Shown here in pieces: positions 63,660 to 64,000 of a DNA stretch of 64,000 nucleotides; the first letter of the stretch is position 1; the number at the start of each line of letters is the position of its first letter. Both the position numbers and the translations under genes were made by a program. The stretch spans positions 93,248,001 through 93,312,000 of the forward strand of contig NC_042998.1 of the NCBI RefSeq assembly GCF_006345805.1. Direction: 5' to 3'. This DNA is from Octopus sinensis. Its lineage: Eukaryota. The notes below the pieces were generated by a model. That model saw only the letters and a program-made list of their open reading frames with translations. It did not search any database and was not told the DNA's origin.

Positions 63660-64000
63660 CAGTCAGCTAACCTTGTAGCTCCTCTACAGCAAGACACCTG
63701 TTTCTTTCTCTCTGTCTCATTATCACCTTTCATCATCTAACACAAGATCACCTCCTCCAATGCCCCCTCCCCTCTTAAAAGAGCTTTTATTTTTGTCTTG
63801 CAAGTACTTGGTGACCCTGACAGTGCAAGTGCCACTTAAAAGCAAAGTGGTTAAAATTTGGAAGGGCATCCAGCTGTAAAAACCTTGCCAAAACCGACCT
63901 CACCTGTGCTTGTGCCATGTAAAAAGCACTAAGTCCACTCTGCTGAGTGGTTGGTGTTAGGAAGGGCATCCAGCTGTAAAAATCCTGCCAAAACAGTTAC
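62770..64000 (+). mobile_element. Pyrimidine-rich body plus RTE-type tail (runs off the window)
   Basis: C/T-rich stretch followed by GAAGGGCATCCAGCTGTAAAA tail units; same family as 11875-12540. Confidence 0.55.

Noticed and set aside
60643-64000. Further upstream nvd exons
   Set aside because: The minus strand was scanned by eye; only MITE, SINE, RTE-tail and low-complexity sequence found.

Overview
AT-rich, microsatellite-saturated animal genomic DNA whose repeat families look like those of a cephalopod (probably Octopus; my inference). Almost every ORF in the supplied track is microsatellite or transposon noise. (1) The only host gene I can support is absent from the ORF track: the last two coding exons of a Neverland/DAF-36 cholesterol 7-desaturase on the minus strand (60642-60469, 58942-58775), with clean AG/GT sites. 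(2) An intact, young Ty3/Gypsy LTR retrotransposon of the CsRn1/Kabuki type lies at 44184-50065. It has 585-bp LTRs differing at 2 positions, a tRNA-Trp PBS, a PPT, a CHCC Gag knuckle and a complete -1 frameshift cassette (G GGA AAC plus a predicted pseudoknot). (3) A Penelope-like (PLE) set of elements: two GIY-YIG endonuclease remnants and several different non-coding fold-back elements carrying minimal hammerhead-ribozyme motifs with palindromic stem III. The best is an apparently intact divergent pair at 3099-3141 (-) and 6860-6902 (+) inside a 4-kb inverted structure. (4) Decayed RTE LINEs that encode a PHD finger after RT, many isolated RTE 3' tails, several tRNA-derived SINE families, mariner/Tc1 copies and MITEs, hAT MITEs with 8-bp TSDs, and two non-autonomous Helitrons, one splitting a divergent pair of tRNA-like arms. 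All alignments, folds and family assignments were made by eye. SINE and LINE-fragment boundaries are approximate (about +/-20 bp), and only representative SINE and microsatellite copies are listed.
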